A stretch of 64,000 bases of DNA from Anabaena sp. CCY 0017 (GCF_963920885.1 NZ_CAWUDG010000023.1:1-64000); one strand, 5' to 3'. Positions 26,451 through 36,685 are shown, numbered from the stretch's first letter. Numbers and translations: made by a program. The notes: a model not told the origin generated them from the sequence alone.

Positions 26451-27158
26451 ATGACATCTGGGTATTTACTAGTATCTCACGGCAGTCGTGACCCCCGTCC
26501 AGAAGTTGCTATGCAGCAATTAGCAGGGTTGGTATCTGCACAAATGGGTAATTCTCAACATCAGGTAGGTATAGCTGCTTTGGAATTACAACCTCAGCCT
26601 TTACATCAGCAGATCCAAAAATTTGCTACTTCGGTTGACGAGGTTGATTGCTTGCAGGTTGTCCCGCTATTTCTGCTACCGGGTGTCCATGTAATGACGG
26701 ATATTCCTGAGCAGATTACTTTGGCAAAACAGGCTCTTGGTGAAAATATGATGATTAACCTGCATCCCCATCTAGGTAGTCATCCTGGTTTAATTACGTT
26801 ACTATCCGAGCAAATGGCTACAATGAAAGCCGAAACCACAATTTTGTTAGCTCACGGTAGCCGTCGTCCTGGTTCTTTAGAGCCAATAGAAACCATAGCT
26901 GCAAGATTGGGAGCAGTCACCGCTTATTGGGCTGTAGCTCCTAGTTTAGAATCACGTATAAAGGATTTAGTTGCTGCTGGTAAGCGGGAAGTAACAATTT
27001 TGCCGTACTTTTTATTTACAGGTGGTATTACTGATGCGATCGCTCAGTCCATAGAAAAGTTAAAATTACAATTTCCTGCTGTCACTTTCCAACTGGCAGA
27101 ACCTTTGGGAGCAAGTGCAGAATTAGCTAAGATCATTGGGGATTTAATAGATACATGA
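26451..27158 (+). CDS. cbiX: sirohydrochlorin chelatase, CbiX-type (two-domain)
   Basis: Two CbiX halves, each with an HGSR motif (LLVSHGSRDPR; LLAHGSRRPG). It overlaps the cobA start by 4 nt. Confidence 0.7.
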   Translation: MTSGYLLVSHGSRDPRPEVAMQQLAGLVSAQMGNSQHQVGIAALELQPQPLHQQIQKFATSVDEVDCLQVVPLFLLPGVHVMTDIPEQITLAKQALGENMMINLHPHLGSHPGLITLLSEQMATMKAETTILLAHGSRRPGSLEPIETIAARLGAVTAYWAVAPSLESRIKDLVAAGKREVTILPYFLFTGGITDAIAQSIEKLKLQFPAVTFQLAEPLGASAELAKIIGDLIDT

Positions 27159-27934
27159 GCCGCACAGAGAAAGAAGCGCAAAAGTGTTTGGGTAAGGTTT
27201 ATTTGGTAGGTGCGGGGCCAGGAGATCCAGGACTCATGACCCTTAAAGGTAAGGGTTTATTAGAATGTGCAGATGTAGTGATTTATGATGCTTTGGTCAG
27301 TCCAGCGATTTTAGCTATGATTAATCCCCAAGCTGAAAAAATCAATGCTGGTAAGCGTATGGGGAGACATTCATTATTACAGTCAGAAACTACCCATTTG
27401 TTAATTGAAAAGGCGCAAGAAAACGCTGTAGTGGTGCGGCTAAAAGGTGGCGACCCGTTTATTTTTGGTCGTGGTGGCGAGGAAATGGCTGATTTAGTCC
27501 AAGCTGGCGTATCTGTGGAAGTTGTGCCGGGTATTACAGCCGGAATTGCGGCTTCTGCTTATGCTGGCATACCTTTAACTCATCGGCTTTATAGCTCTTC
27601 TGTGACTTTTGTAACTGGACATGAGTCAGCAGGTAAGTATAAACCCCAGGTAAATTGGCAGGCGATCGCTCACGGTTCAGAAACCATTGTCATTTACATG
27701 GGCATTCACAATTTACCTTATATTGTGGAAGAGTTAAATCAAGCTGGGTTAGATTTAGATACACCCATAGCTTTAGTCCGTTGGGGTACAAGACCAGAAC
27801 AAGAAGAGTTGATTGGCACTTTAGCAACCATTATTGGACAAGTCGAGGAAACTGGATTTAGCGCCCCTGCGATCGCAGTCATTGGTTCAGTAGTAAATAT
27901 GCACGGTATTTTATCTGGTTGTCGTCCTGTGTGA
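27155..27934 (+). CDS. cobA: uroporphyrinogen-III C-methyltransferase
   Basis: GKVYLVGAGPGDPGLMTLKG and VVRLKGGDPFIFGRGGEE signatures of SUMT/CysG-C. Confidence 0.85.
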   Translation: MSRTEKEAQKCLGKVYLVGAGPGDPGLMTLKGKGLLECADVVIYDALVSPAILAMINPQAEKINAGKRMGRHSLLQSETTHLLIEKAQENAVVVRLKGGDPFIFGRGGEEMADLVQAGVSVEVVPGITAGIAASAYAGIPLTHRLYSSSVTFVTGHESAGKYKPQVNWQAIAHGSETIVIYMGIHNLPYIVEELNQAGLDLDTPIALVRWGTRPEQEELIGTLATIIGQVEETGFSAPAIAVIGSVVNMHGILSGCRPV

Positions 27935-28011
27935 TAGTTGCCTGTTTTATGCATCAGCTATTGATCAGCAAATTCCAGGTTGTTTAACGGCCATTTTAAT
28001 AAATAATAGCA

Positions 28012-28449
28012 ATGACTTTTGCAGAAATTGAGTATCAAGACAAAGCAGAACTTAGCCGTAATCAAGTAATCAATCTTTATTCACAATGTGGATGGTCATC
28101 AGCAGACAAGCCTGAACAACTTTTGTTAGCTCTTACTAACTCGCACACAGTGATTTCAGCATGGCATCAGAATTTGCTGATTGGTCTTGGTAATGCCATT
28201 TCAGATGGTGCTTTGGTTGTTTATTACTCTCATTTATTAATATTGCCAGCATATCAAAAAAGAGGTATAGGACGGGAGATTATGAAACGTCTACAAAGTC
28301 GTTATATTAATTTCCATCAGCAAATCTTACTGTCAATAGATCATGCTGTTCCCTTCTACGAAAAACTTGGTTTCCAGGATTCACAAGGTGTCACACCAAT
28401 GTGGATATATGATGGGAATGATATTGATATTGCCAAAAAGCATGATTGA
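28012..28449 (+). CDS. GNAT family N-acetyltransferase
   Basis: 145 aa with acetyl-CoA-binding motif QKRGIGREIMKRL. Confidence 0.75.
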   Translation: MTFAEIEYQDKAELSRNQVINLYSQCGWSSADKPEQLLLALTNSHTVISAWHQNLLIGLGNAISDGALVVYYSHLLILPAYQKRGIGREIMKRLQSRYINFHQQILLSIDHAVPFYEKLGFQDSQGVTPMWIYDGNDIDIAKKHD

Positions 28450-28485
28450 TACTCACCGCTAAATATTGCAAGGAGGTATGGGGTG

Positions 28486-28575
28486 GCACAAATTATCATT
28501 GTAGGTGCAGCCCTAGCCCTACTACTGGTGAAACGTGGTATTAATGTCACGCTAATTGAAGTTGTATGCTGTTGC
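28486..28575 (+). pseudogene. 5' fragment of an FAD-dependent monooxygenase gene (decayed paralogue of 32346-33554)
   Basis: ATGGCACAAATTATCATTGTAGGTGCAG... aligns with the first about-100 nt of the intact gene at 32346. It carries a 15-nt deletion that removes GPTGA of the GxGxxG motif, and it reaches an early stop (MAQIIIVGAALALLLVKRGINVTLIEVVCCCHIAL*). Confidence 0.6.
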
Positions 28576-28673
28576 CATATAGCTCTATAAGTAATAGACT
28601 CAGCATTAATTTTATAATTTTTACCTTTGCGAATTTCTGATAAAATATCAGTATCAATTAAAGATTTTCTCAC
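28576..28673 (-). pseudogene. truncated PIN-domain (VapC-like) toxin gene remnant
   Basis: The N-terminal 33 aa (MRKSLIDTDILSEIRKGKNYKINAESITYRAIW) match the first beta-alpha of PIN domains (conserved D-T-D). The rest of the 105-aa ORF is antisense to the monooxygenase fragment and the GNAT gene, so it is not PIN sequence. Confidence 0.45.
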
Positions 28674-28681
28674 GCCTAACT

Positions 28682-28906
28682 TTAGTCTCTATAATTCCTG
28701 TGTTTTAAAATATCTGCGACCATTTCATCAACTAATTCAGCATCATCAGCCCATTTACCGATAAATGAATTATTAAGAATTTCTGGTTGTGTTAATTGCT
28801 CAATCATGGCTTTAATTATGTCAGAAATTTCGCAATTATAGGTTTGTGCCAATTGGTTGATTTTGGCAAAGGTTTCTTGATCGAGTTCTATTTCTAGTTT
28901 TTGCAT
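28682..28906 (-). CDS. putative antitoxin partner of the decayed PIN gene (VapB-like)
   Basis: 74-aa acidic protein that ends 8 nt upstream of the PIN remnant start on the same strand, a typical antitoxin-toxin arrangement. Confidence 0.4.
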   Translation of the reverse strand: MQKLEIELDQETFAKINQLAQTYNCEISDIIKAMIEQLTQPEILNNSFIGKWADDAELVDEMVADILKHRNYRD

Positions 28907-28965
28907 AGGTGATTAAGAAGTTGAAAATTAACAGCTTATATTAATTATAAGTGAATGGACGTTGT

Positions 28966-31716
28966 TTACCGCCGAAACCAAGAGCGAACCCAACGCCAAA
29001 ACCGCCACAACCACGACCAAGAACCACGGCGAAAAACTACAGGCGTTTGTGGTTGAGAAAGACGCTCAATGGCATCGTTGCAATTTTGCAAATTAGTATC
29101 AATTCCCATTGTCTGAAATAGTTCGCGGGCATTGCGATAAGCACCCAGCGCGTCTGATTCTCGGTTGACGTTTTTTAATGTCAAACCTAAATTAAACCAG
29201 GCGTTTGCTTCCCCTCGAATATCGCCTATCTCTCTAGAGATATCCAAAGACTGCTGGTAGAACTCAATCGCCCGTTGGTACTCTTCCAAGCTGTCGTAAG
29301 CATTGCCTAAATTGATCAAGGAATCACTTTCACCATTGCGATCACCTATTTGCCGTTTGATTGCCAAAGACTTTTGGAGGAAATTAATTGCCTGTTCGTA
29401 CTGTTCGAGGGAGTTGTAAGTATTACCCAAATTGCCTAAGCAAATACCTTCACCAGGGCGATCTCCTATCTCTATAGCTATGTCCAAAGACTGCTGATAG
29501 AAATTAATTGCCTGTTGATACTGCCCCAGGGAGTTAAAAGCATTGCCTAAATTGCCCAAGGAAATACCTTCGCCATTGCGATCGCCTATCTCTGTAGCTA
29601 TGTCAAAAGACTGCTGGTGGAAATCAATTGCCTCTTGGTATTTTCCACAGTAACGGTAAGCATTGCCCAAATTGTTTAAAGCATTACTCTCACCTGAGCC
29701 ATCACCTATCTCCCTAGCTATGTCCAAAGACTGCTGATAGAGATAAATTGCCCGTTGATACTGTCCCAGGCAGTTGTAAGCATTGCCTAAATTGTTTAAA
29801 GCATTACCTTCACCTGAGCGATTGCCTATTTGACGTTTGATTTCCAAAGACTGTTGGAAGAAATTAATTGCCAGTTGGTACTGTCCGAGAGAGTTGTAAG
29901 TATTGCCCAAACCCATTAAGTAATTACCTTCACCATAGCGATCGCCTATTTCGCTGGCTATAGCCAAAGACTGCTGATAGAAATCAATTGCCCGTTGGTA
30001 CTGCCTCAGGGAGTTGAAAAAATTACCCAAATTGCCTAAACAAATACCTTCACCATAGCGATCGCCTATTTCTCGTTTGATTTCCAAAGACTTCTGGAAA
30101 AAATTAATAGCCTGTTGGTACTGTCCCAGAGAGTTATGAGTATAGCCTAAATTGACCAAAGCAGTACCTTCACCATAGCGATCGCCTATTTCCCGTTTGA
30201 TTTCCAAAGATTTCTGGAGAAAATTAATAGCCTGTTGGTACTGTCCCAAAGAGTTATGAGCAACGCCCAAACCGTTTAAAGCTTCACTTTCTGCGTTATA
30301 ATCACCTATCTCCAGAGATATTTCCAAAGACTGCTGATTGAACTCAATCATTTTTTGGTAATCTCCCAAAAAGTAGTAAGCATTCCCCAAAAAGATAAGA
30401 GAATCCCGATATTTCCAATTGTCGTGATCGCCAATTTCTTGCCATTTATTGACCAACTGCCCATATAATTCCACTTGGTCGATGTAATAACCCCGCAAGC
30501 TTAAAAAATCATCGCAAACGCGAATGCTATCAAAGGCAGAGTTATAATCTTCCAACTGATAAAAGTGATCAAAAATTTCTAAGTATTCTTTGACATCTTC
30601 TTTTGTTGTCCAGGGTGGTTGTTTAGCAATTGAGCGATAATAATCAATAGCTCGTTGATGCGCCTCTGTTTGATTACCTGCTTTATACCGCACATACTCC
30701 AAAACCACTGGCTGAAACTCAAATCGCCGCTTACCATTGAGTTTTTCTACCAACAAAGAACGCTTAACCAGATTCCTTAACTCTTGCTCAATTTCTGCTT
30801 CTGAACTTTCTGGCAATACTGCCAAGGCTGCTGCGCTACTAATTGCACCACGATACACACTAATATTCAGCAATAACGCTTTTTGCAGTTCACTCAATCT
30901 TGCAAAACTGGCATCCAATACCAACACCATTCCCACATTTTCCCGGCGATGCACACCTACCACTTGGGGGTCTGTCAACAACTGCTGCAAGTTGCCTAAA
31001 CCTAAATCTGCTAGTCTGCTTAAATCTGGGTCTTGAGAATATTCTTCTTTTAATAAATCTGCTACCAATCTCAACAATAAGGGATGCCCATCTACCAGTT
31101 TGACAAACTCAGCTAAATCTCCCCGAATGCCTAATGCAGTTAACAGTGCGACTCCTTCCTCTACTTGCAAACCTTTCAGGGTTAGCCATGCAAAGCCTTT
31201 TGGTAATTCAGGTCTTTCCCTAGTGGTGACTAAGACTTTACTCTTACTGCCAGATTCCACCCAGGCGTTAAAGAAATCACCATAAAATAGACTTCCCCAT
31301 TGTCTATCTGCTTGTAATAAACTCTCTAAATTGTCAATAATCAGTAAAAATTGACCAGTTCGTAAACACCTAATCAACGCCTCGACTAACTGCGTTTCTT
31401 GTTCTGGAACCGGAAAGCCAAATTCTTGTAATACTTTCCTCGCTAAATCGCTAAAACTTGCCCCGTTACCGACATCAGCCCAAAAACGTTTAGGAAAACC
31501 CCCAATTTCATCGTAAATTTTAGCGGACAGAGTAGATTTCCCTGTACCACCAATGCCTTCTATGCCAATGAGAAATGTATTTTCATCAGTTAACCATTGC
31601 TGTATTTGGGCTATTTCTTCTGTTCGTCCTTGCCAATAAGCCAAGCTTTTGGGCGAGTCACCTGCTTTCAAAATCCCTGGTGATTCGGCTTTGGTACTGC
31701 GTTCTATCAACTCCAA
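28966..31716 (-). CDS. STAND NTPase: NB-ARC domain + about 13 tetratricopeptide repeats
   Basis: P-loop GIEGIGGTGKSTL and Walker B LLIIDNLE, then a winged-helix-like region. After that come about 13 x 40-aa TPR units (GEG.ALNNLGNAYNSLGQYQQAI.F.QQSL.I..EIGDR). Two adjacent 120-nt repeat units (30040-30159 and 30160-30279) are nearly identical at the DNA level. Confidence 0.85.
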   Translation of the reverse strand: MELIERSTKAESPGILKAGDSPKSLAYWQGRTEEIAQIQQWLTDENTFLIGIEGIGGTGKSTLSAKIYDEIGGFPKRFWADVGNGASFSDLARKVLQEFGFPVPEQETQLVEALIRCLRTGQFLLIIDNLESLLQADRQWGSLFYGDFFNAWVESGSKSKVLVTTRERPELPKGFAWLTLKGLQVEEGVALLTALGIRGDLAEFVKLVDGHPLLLRLVADLLKEEYSQDPDLSRLADLGLGNLQQLLTDPQVVGVHRRENVGMVLVLDASFARLSELQKALLLNISVYRGAISSAAALAVLPESSEAEIEQELRNLVKRSLLVEKLNGKRRFEFQPVVLEYVRYKAGNQTEAHQRAIDYYRSIAKQPPWTTKEDVKEYLEIFDHFYQLEDYNSAFDSIRVCDDFLSLRGYYIDQVELYGQLVNKWQEIGDHDNWKYRDSLIFLGNAYYFLGDYQKMIEFNQQSLEISLEIGDYNAESEALNGLGVAHNSLGQYQQAINFLQKSLEIKREIGDRYGEGTALVNLGYTHNSLGQYQQAINFFQKSLEIKREIGDRYGEGICLGNLGNFFNSLRQYQRAIDFYQQSLAIASEIGDRYGEGNYLMGLGNTYNSLGQYQLAINFFQQSLEIKRQIGNRSGEGNALNNLGNAYNCLGQYQRAIYLYQQSLDIAREIGDGSGESNALNNLGNAYRYCGKYQEAIDFHQQSFDIATEIGDRNGEGISLGNLGNAFNSLGQYQQAINFYQQSLDIAIEIGDRPGEGICLGNLGNTYNSLEQYEQAINFLQKSLAIKRQIGDRNGESDSLINLGNAYDSLEEYQRAIEFYQQSLDISREIGDIRGEANAWFNLGLTLKNVNRESDALGAYRNARELFQTMGIDTNLQNCNDAIERLSQPQTPVVFRRGSWSWLWRFWRWVRSWFRR

Positions 31717-31757
31717 TATTTCTTGCTGTGCAGTACCATAAACAGCAATATAGTTAG

Positions 31758-32192
31758 TTACTTTGGGCTGTTAGTATTCCTACTCAAGTCATAGGTTGGC
31801 TGATTAACATTGCCTGCTGTATTGATCTGTATACTTTCATCGTAAGATTCAGCATTGAGACTCACAGAGGCATCACTTGATTTTTGTTCTTGCAAAATTT
31901 GAGCTATTTCCTCTGCCAGTGCGGTATCAGCATCCAAAATCTTCTTCAATTGCACCCGCAAACTTGCTTGTAAATCTTGATTCTCTGGATTTTCAGCTAC
32001 ATCTGTCGCCGCTTCTTGGGCTGCTTCTTTAGCCTCTACTTTAGGTTGTAACTTACCCCAAATAGCCTTGGCTTTATTCCAACCATCTTCACCAACTTTC
32101 TGAGATGCTCCTTCTATGGCTTTATTACCTGCATTCAGCAAAAATGGCAGATAGGGAGCCACAAGTTTGACGATTGAGCTGATGATATCCAT
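31758..32192 (-). CDS. hypothetical protein co-oriented immediately upstream of the NB-ARC/TPR gene
   Basis: 144 aa with an N-terminal amphipathic/hydrophobic helix (IISSIVKLVAPYLPFLL), then K/E/A-rich helical sequence. 41 nt separate it from the NB-ARC start. Confidence 0.4.
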   Translation of the reverse strand: MDIISSIVKLVAPYLPFLLNAGNKAIEGASQKVGEDGWNKAKAIWGKLQPKVEAKEAAQEAATDVAENPENQDLQASLRVQLKKILDADTALAEEIAQILQEQKSSDASVSLNAESYDESIQINTAGNVNQPTYDLSRNTNSPK

Positions 32193-32345
32193 TTATTTAC
32201 GCAATTTATCGCAATTAGTTATACAAATGTATACTAGCGCATCATAATTCTGAATTACGCCAATAGGGTAATACAGCAATTACTCATCAGGAATCCAAGT
32301 TTCAGAAAAATTTCTTAAAGTCCCCTTTTTTAAGGAAGGCATAAA

Positions 32346-33554
32346 ATGGCACAAATTATTATTGTAGGCGCAGGTCCCACAGGTGCAGCACTGGCTTTAC
32401 TCCTAGTAAAACATGGCATTAACGTAACCCTCATTGAAGCTGCAAAAGACTTTCATCGGGTATTTCGCGGTGAGGGATTAATGCCTAGTGGGTTAGATGC
32501 GCTCACACAAATGGGACTATCTACACTTTTAGAAGAAATTCCCACTCGCCCACTCGATGGCTGGGAGTTCATCATTGAGGGAAAACAATTATTTCGCATA
32601 GACGAGCCAATGGGGTCAACTCGTCCCTGTACACTGGTGTCACAACCGCCACTGCTCAAAGCCTTAATTTCCGAAGCTCAAACCCATGATGGATTTGAAT
32701 TTATCCAGGGTGTTGCGGTCAAAGATTTATTTTGGAGTAATCAGCGTGTTGCAGGTGTGATACTCAGTGATGGGCGACAACTTACGGCTGATTTAGTCAT
32801 TGGGGCGGATGGTCGGAATTCAATCGTGCGGGAACGTGCTGGATTAAAGTTAGTACGTCAACCTAAAAATATAGATATTCTCTGGTTTAAGTTGGCAGCT
32901 AGTCCCCAGTTTGCAGATGATAATGTATTTCGGACAATTGTAAATAGTAATCGCATCTTTAGCATCTTTCATGGTGCAGAGTCAGGTAAATTACATTTAG
33001 CTTATGTAATCTCCGCCAACGAAAAAACCGACTACAAACAAGCAAATTGGGCAGAAATTTTCGCCTCACTATCCCCCTCATGGCTAGCAGAACATTTTCG
33101 CAATCATGCAGATACCATCGAATCTCCCATTAAGCTGTCTGTTGTGGTGGGTTATTGTCCTCAATGGCACGCACCCGGTATATTACTTTTAGGTGATGCT
33201 GCACACCCCATGTCTCCTGTCCGCGCTCAGGGTATAAATATAGCCTTGCGTGATGTAATTGTTGCAGCTAATTATTTAGTACCGATATTGCAAGCAGACG
33301 CGGAACACCAAAAAATTGATACTGCACTATCACAGATTCAAGCCGAACGTCAGCCAGAAATTATCCGCGCCCAGCAACTACAGTTACACGAAGCTGCACA
33401 AGGCGAACTGCTGCGAAAAAATTCCTTAGTGCGATCGCTCTTGGTTCAATTTGCGCCCTTACTGCGTACAATAATTAAACTGTCTTGGTTAAGGCGACAA
33501 CGTGAAATGCGCGAGGGCATAACACAGGTTAAATTATGTCAATATGAACCATAA
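32346..33554 (+). CDS. FAD-dependent monooxygenase (UbiH/COQ6-like)
   Basis: N-terminal IIIVGAGPTGAALALLL dinucleotide-binding motif and a DG..S motif (ADGRNSIVR). The C-terminal LLGDAAHPMSP is the FAD-binding 'GD' motif. Confidence 0.8.
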   Translation: MAQIIIVGAGPTGAALALLLVKHGINVTLIEAAKDFHRVFRGEGLMPSGLDALTQMGLSTLLEEIPTRPLDGWEFIIEGKQLFRIDEPMGSTRPCTLVSQPPLLKALISEAQTHDGFEFIQGVAVKDLFWSNQRVAGVILSDGRQLTADLVIGADGRNSIVRERAGLKLVRQPKNIDILWFKLAASPQFADDNVFRTIVNSNRIFSIFHGAESGKLHLAYVISANEKTDYKQANWAEIFASLSPSWLAEHFRNHADTIESPIKLSVVVGYCPQWHAPGILLLGDAAHPMSPVRAQGINIALRDVIVAANYLVPILQADAEHQKIDTALSQIQAERQPEIIRAQQLQLHEAAQGELLRKNSLVRSLLVQFAPLLRTIIKLSWLRRQREMREGITQVKLCQYEP

Positions 33555-34296
33555 ACAGAAAGATATATTTTTTCAAATTCATCAGAATATACCCAGAGAA
33601 GGGCCTGGTGATTCAGAATCTACGAAAAATGCCTTCTTAAAATCGGTTGATTTGCCACCACATCCCCAAATTCTAGATATCGGTTGTGGCCCTGGCTTTC
33701 AGACTTTAGACTTAGCCAGCCTGACTAATGGCAAAATTATTGCTATCGATAATCATTCTGTTTATGTAAACGAACTCAAACAGAAAGTACTTCAGCAAGG
33801 ATTATCAGAAAAGATTACTGTAATCAACGCTGATATGTTTGCTCTTGATTTTCCTGATGCAAGTTTTGATATTATTTGGGCGGAAGGTTCAATATACATT
33901 ATTGGGTTTGAAAATGGACTGAAGCAATGGAAACCCTTGTTAAAACATGGAGGGTACTTAGTAGCTTCAGAACTTACATGGCTTAAACCTAACGCACCAA
34001 CAGAATTACAAGAATTTTGGAATGATGGTTATCCAGCCATGCAGGATATTGAAGGTAATTTAAAGATTATCCAATATAGTGGCTACAAAATCATTGATTA
34101 TTTCGTACTACCAGAATCAGCTTGGTGGAATCATTACTATCAACCTTTAGAAGAAAAATTACAGGGTTTACGAAAGCATTACCAAGATGATACCGAAGCT
34201 CTGGAAGTGATCGATATGGAGCAATTGGAGATTGACCTTTATCGTAAATACTCTGAATATTATAGTTATGTGTTTTACATTGGGCAAGCATTGTAA
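33544..34296 (+). CDS. class I SAM-dependent methyltransferase
   Basis: ILDIGCGPGFQTLDLA motif I. It overlaps the stop of the preceding monooxygenase gene. Confidence 0.75.
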   Translation: MNHKQKDIFFQIHQNIPREGPGDSESTKNAFLKSVDLPPHPQILDIGCGPGFQTLDLASLTNGKIIAIDNHSVYVNELKQKVLQQGLSEKITVINADMFALDFPDASFDIIWAEGSIYIIGFENGLKQWKPLLKHGGYLVASELTWLKPNAPTELQEFWNDGYPAMQDIEGNLKIIQYSGYKIIDYFVLPESAWWNHYYQPLEEKLQGLRKHYQDDTEALEVIDMEQLEIDLYRKYSEYYSYVFYIGQAL

Positions 34297-34761
34297 ATCA
34301 TCATTAAATATACCTGATAAATCATCACCAAAACAAGAATCTATGCTTTTTTTAGCCAATTAGCTGATGCGTTGAAAAATTATCTTCAATAAATTATCTT
34401 GGATAAAAAATTTAGCTAAAAAGCCTGAAGCTTTACCAGCGTTGCTCTAGCTCTATCAAACAGCCCAGTTGCAAAAAATTGTAGTGGCGTGGCAAGCTTA
34501 AAATGTTGTATTAGCCAAAGTCCATATCATCGGCGTACCCTTCGGGAAGCAAGCTACATCGGCGGGTTTTCACCTCCAAAGTAATGCACTATTTTAAGCG
34601 TGTCAGTCCACTAGAAATTGAATATTTTTTGATTTGTCAGTTGTTTATAGTTAAAAAAGTCTAATTGATTACAATCACAGCACGAAGTAAATAGGCATAC
34701 CATTTTAGTAAGCTCAAAATACAAAAATACAAGCCTTTTAACTTTTGATTTCACGGCGGTA

Positions 34762-35601
34762 CTAGCCTTTAGTCTCTAACTGCGGAGATGCTTTGATTTG
34801 ATGTTCTACAAAATTTTGCTCTCGTAAGATTTTATAGAGATTAATATTGTGTTCTAGTAAACAGGCGTGTCCACTGTCAGGTAATACAGCCATCTTGGGG
34901 TTAGGTAAAATATTTAGCAAACGTTGGGCTTCGTTGATTGAGGGTAATAGGCGATCGCTTGCACCAACAATCAACAAAACTGCTTGAGTGAGTTGGCGTA
35001 ACTGCGCTTCAGTTACACTAAATTCCTTCAGGAGAGACAATCGCCAGGTAAGTGTAGCTGGGGGTACAGAACGCATAGTTTTCAGCAGTTCATGGCGCAG
35101 ATGACGGGGAATACGTGCCAAGGATGCCAAAAAAGGTAATAATCCTAATGCGCCCAGGTCATAAAAGCATTCTGGAACAAAATAAGTAAATTGGGATGTC
35201 CAACTCAACCAAGGGCGTAGCTGAAAGGCTGATGCTGGGTTAATCAGAATAATCCGCTTAAATAACTGTGGTGCTTGGGTCGCTACTTTCATCGCCAAAC
35301 AACCTCCAAAGGACTCGCCACACAGGTAAACTGGTCTGTGTGAGCTTTTTTCTAATTCGGCATGGATCAAGTCCAAGACGTTGTTGCTTAACTCCTCCCA
35401 GGTCGTGAGGTCTTGTCTGGGAATCGCCAAACACCGGACATCAAAGCCAACCTCTAAGCCCGCAGTTTGCGATCGCAATAATTCACCAGTTCCATCTAAC
35501 CCTGGTAAATACACAAACAACGGATACTCTATTTGGACTCGGTTAGGAGTCAGGAAACACGGCTTTAGCTCAACTTTTGGCATTGTAAAATATAAATTCA
35601 A
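34762..35601 (-). CDS. alpha/beta-fold hydrolase
   Basis: Nucleophile elbow GESFGG, with Asp/His residues later in the sequence. 279 aa. Confidence 0.7.
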   Translation of the reverse strand: MNLYFTMPKVELKPCFLTPNRVQIEYPLFVYLPGLDGTGELLRSQTAGLEVGFDVRCLAIPRQDLTTWEELSNNVLDLIHAELEKSSHRPVYLCGESFGGCLAMKVATQAPQLFKRIILINPASAFQLRPWLSWTSQFTYFVPECFYDLGALGLLPFLASLARIPRHLRHELLKTMRSVPPATLTWRLSLLKEFSVTEAQLRQLTQAVLLIVGASDRLLPSINEAQRLLNILPNPKMAVLPDSGHACLLEHNINLYKILREQNFVEHQIKASPQLETKG

Positions 35602-35959
35602 CTTTTTTGTTTTATGATAGGATCATATCGTCTGTAGTAAAAACTACCATTAAATAATAAAAATCATAAGTCATTCCTAAAATTTTTTTTCCATTTCACC
35701 TGGCGACTAACGCCCTGGGGGCATACACTACGCGTTAGCGGAGCTTTCGCTTTAGCGATAGGCTGTTCGCTCATCTTCATAAATCATCTACTATTGTAGA
35801 TAACTTAAATAATTAACATTAACTCCATTGATAATCAGCCTGTCAAGGATAGACTAATCAATATAAGAATACTCCTGAAAAAACTATGAGTGATGCTTAC
35901 TAGAAACATCTTCCAAAAAGCGAGCAGCATTACATATATCGGTACAATTATTCCAGCAT

Positions 35960-36685
35960 TTAATAACAACCTTGCACTAGTAAACTAGCAATTTCATCTT
36001 GACAATGTTTAGTTAGTTCATTCACAACATTTTTCGCTTGTTTGCCGTGATATTTCTGTTGATGTTGTGGTGTAATCCAATAAGGGCGACCAATTAACAC
36101 AGCCACCCGATTATAGATAACTAAGGGATGTAAACCTGGTTGATTAAATAAAGGTTCTGAAGGGTCAAAGAAACTTAACAGTCGCAGAGGTAAGCCATAA
36201 GTATTGACTTCTTCTAAAGAAGCGATCGCAATTGGTAAAATTGCTAAATCATCCACAGTAGAACGCAATGCTAAATGAGCAAATCCTCTGTGAAATTCAC
36301 CAACTTCATTTGGTTTGGTAGATGTCACCATTGGCCGAGTTCCTTCAGGAAAAACACCCACCATTTGCTTTGACTGCAAAATACGCTGTGATTTTTCAAA
36401 AAAGCTTTGCTGGCTGCTGGCTGTCTCCTCCAGAGGAAAACATCCCAATTGTCCCGTGACAATTTCCCGCATCAGTGGTACTTGTCCCATATAGTGATGA
36501 CAAGCAAAGCGAATTGGTCTAGATAGCGCCGACATTAAGATCAGTGCATCCATAAAACTACGGTGATTACTGACTACCAAAACGCTAGCATCTCTGGGAA
36601 TGCGATCTTCGTGATAGCGAAAAATTCGCGTTGATAACGCTGTCAGAAAATAGCGAGAAATATCCAGGGGACTATTTGGACTCAT
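35960..36685 (-). CDS. 1-acyl-sn-glycerol-3-phosphate acyltransferase-like (PlsC family)
   Basis: HX4D motif (NHRSFMD) and FPEGTRP motif. Confidence 0.75.
   Translation of the reverse strand: MSPNSPLDISRYFLTALSTRIFRYHEDRIPRDASVLVVSNHRSFMDALILMSALSRPIRFACHHYMGQVPLMREIVTGQLGCFPLEETASSQQSFFEKSQRILQSKQMVGVFPEGTRPMVTSTKPNEVGEFHRGFAHLALRSTVDDLAILPIAIASLEEVNTYGLPLRLLSFFDPSEPLFNQPGLHPLVIYNRVAVLIGRPYWITPQHQQKYHGKQAKNVVNELTKHCQDEIASLLVQGCY

Noticed and set aside
28356-28673. 105-aa ORF as an intact PIN-domain toxin gene
   Set aside because: Only the first about-33 residues resemble a PIN domain. The remainder is translation of the antisense strand of the monooxygenase fragment and the GNAT gene, so it is a truncated remnant.
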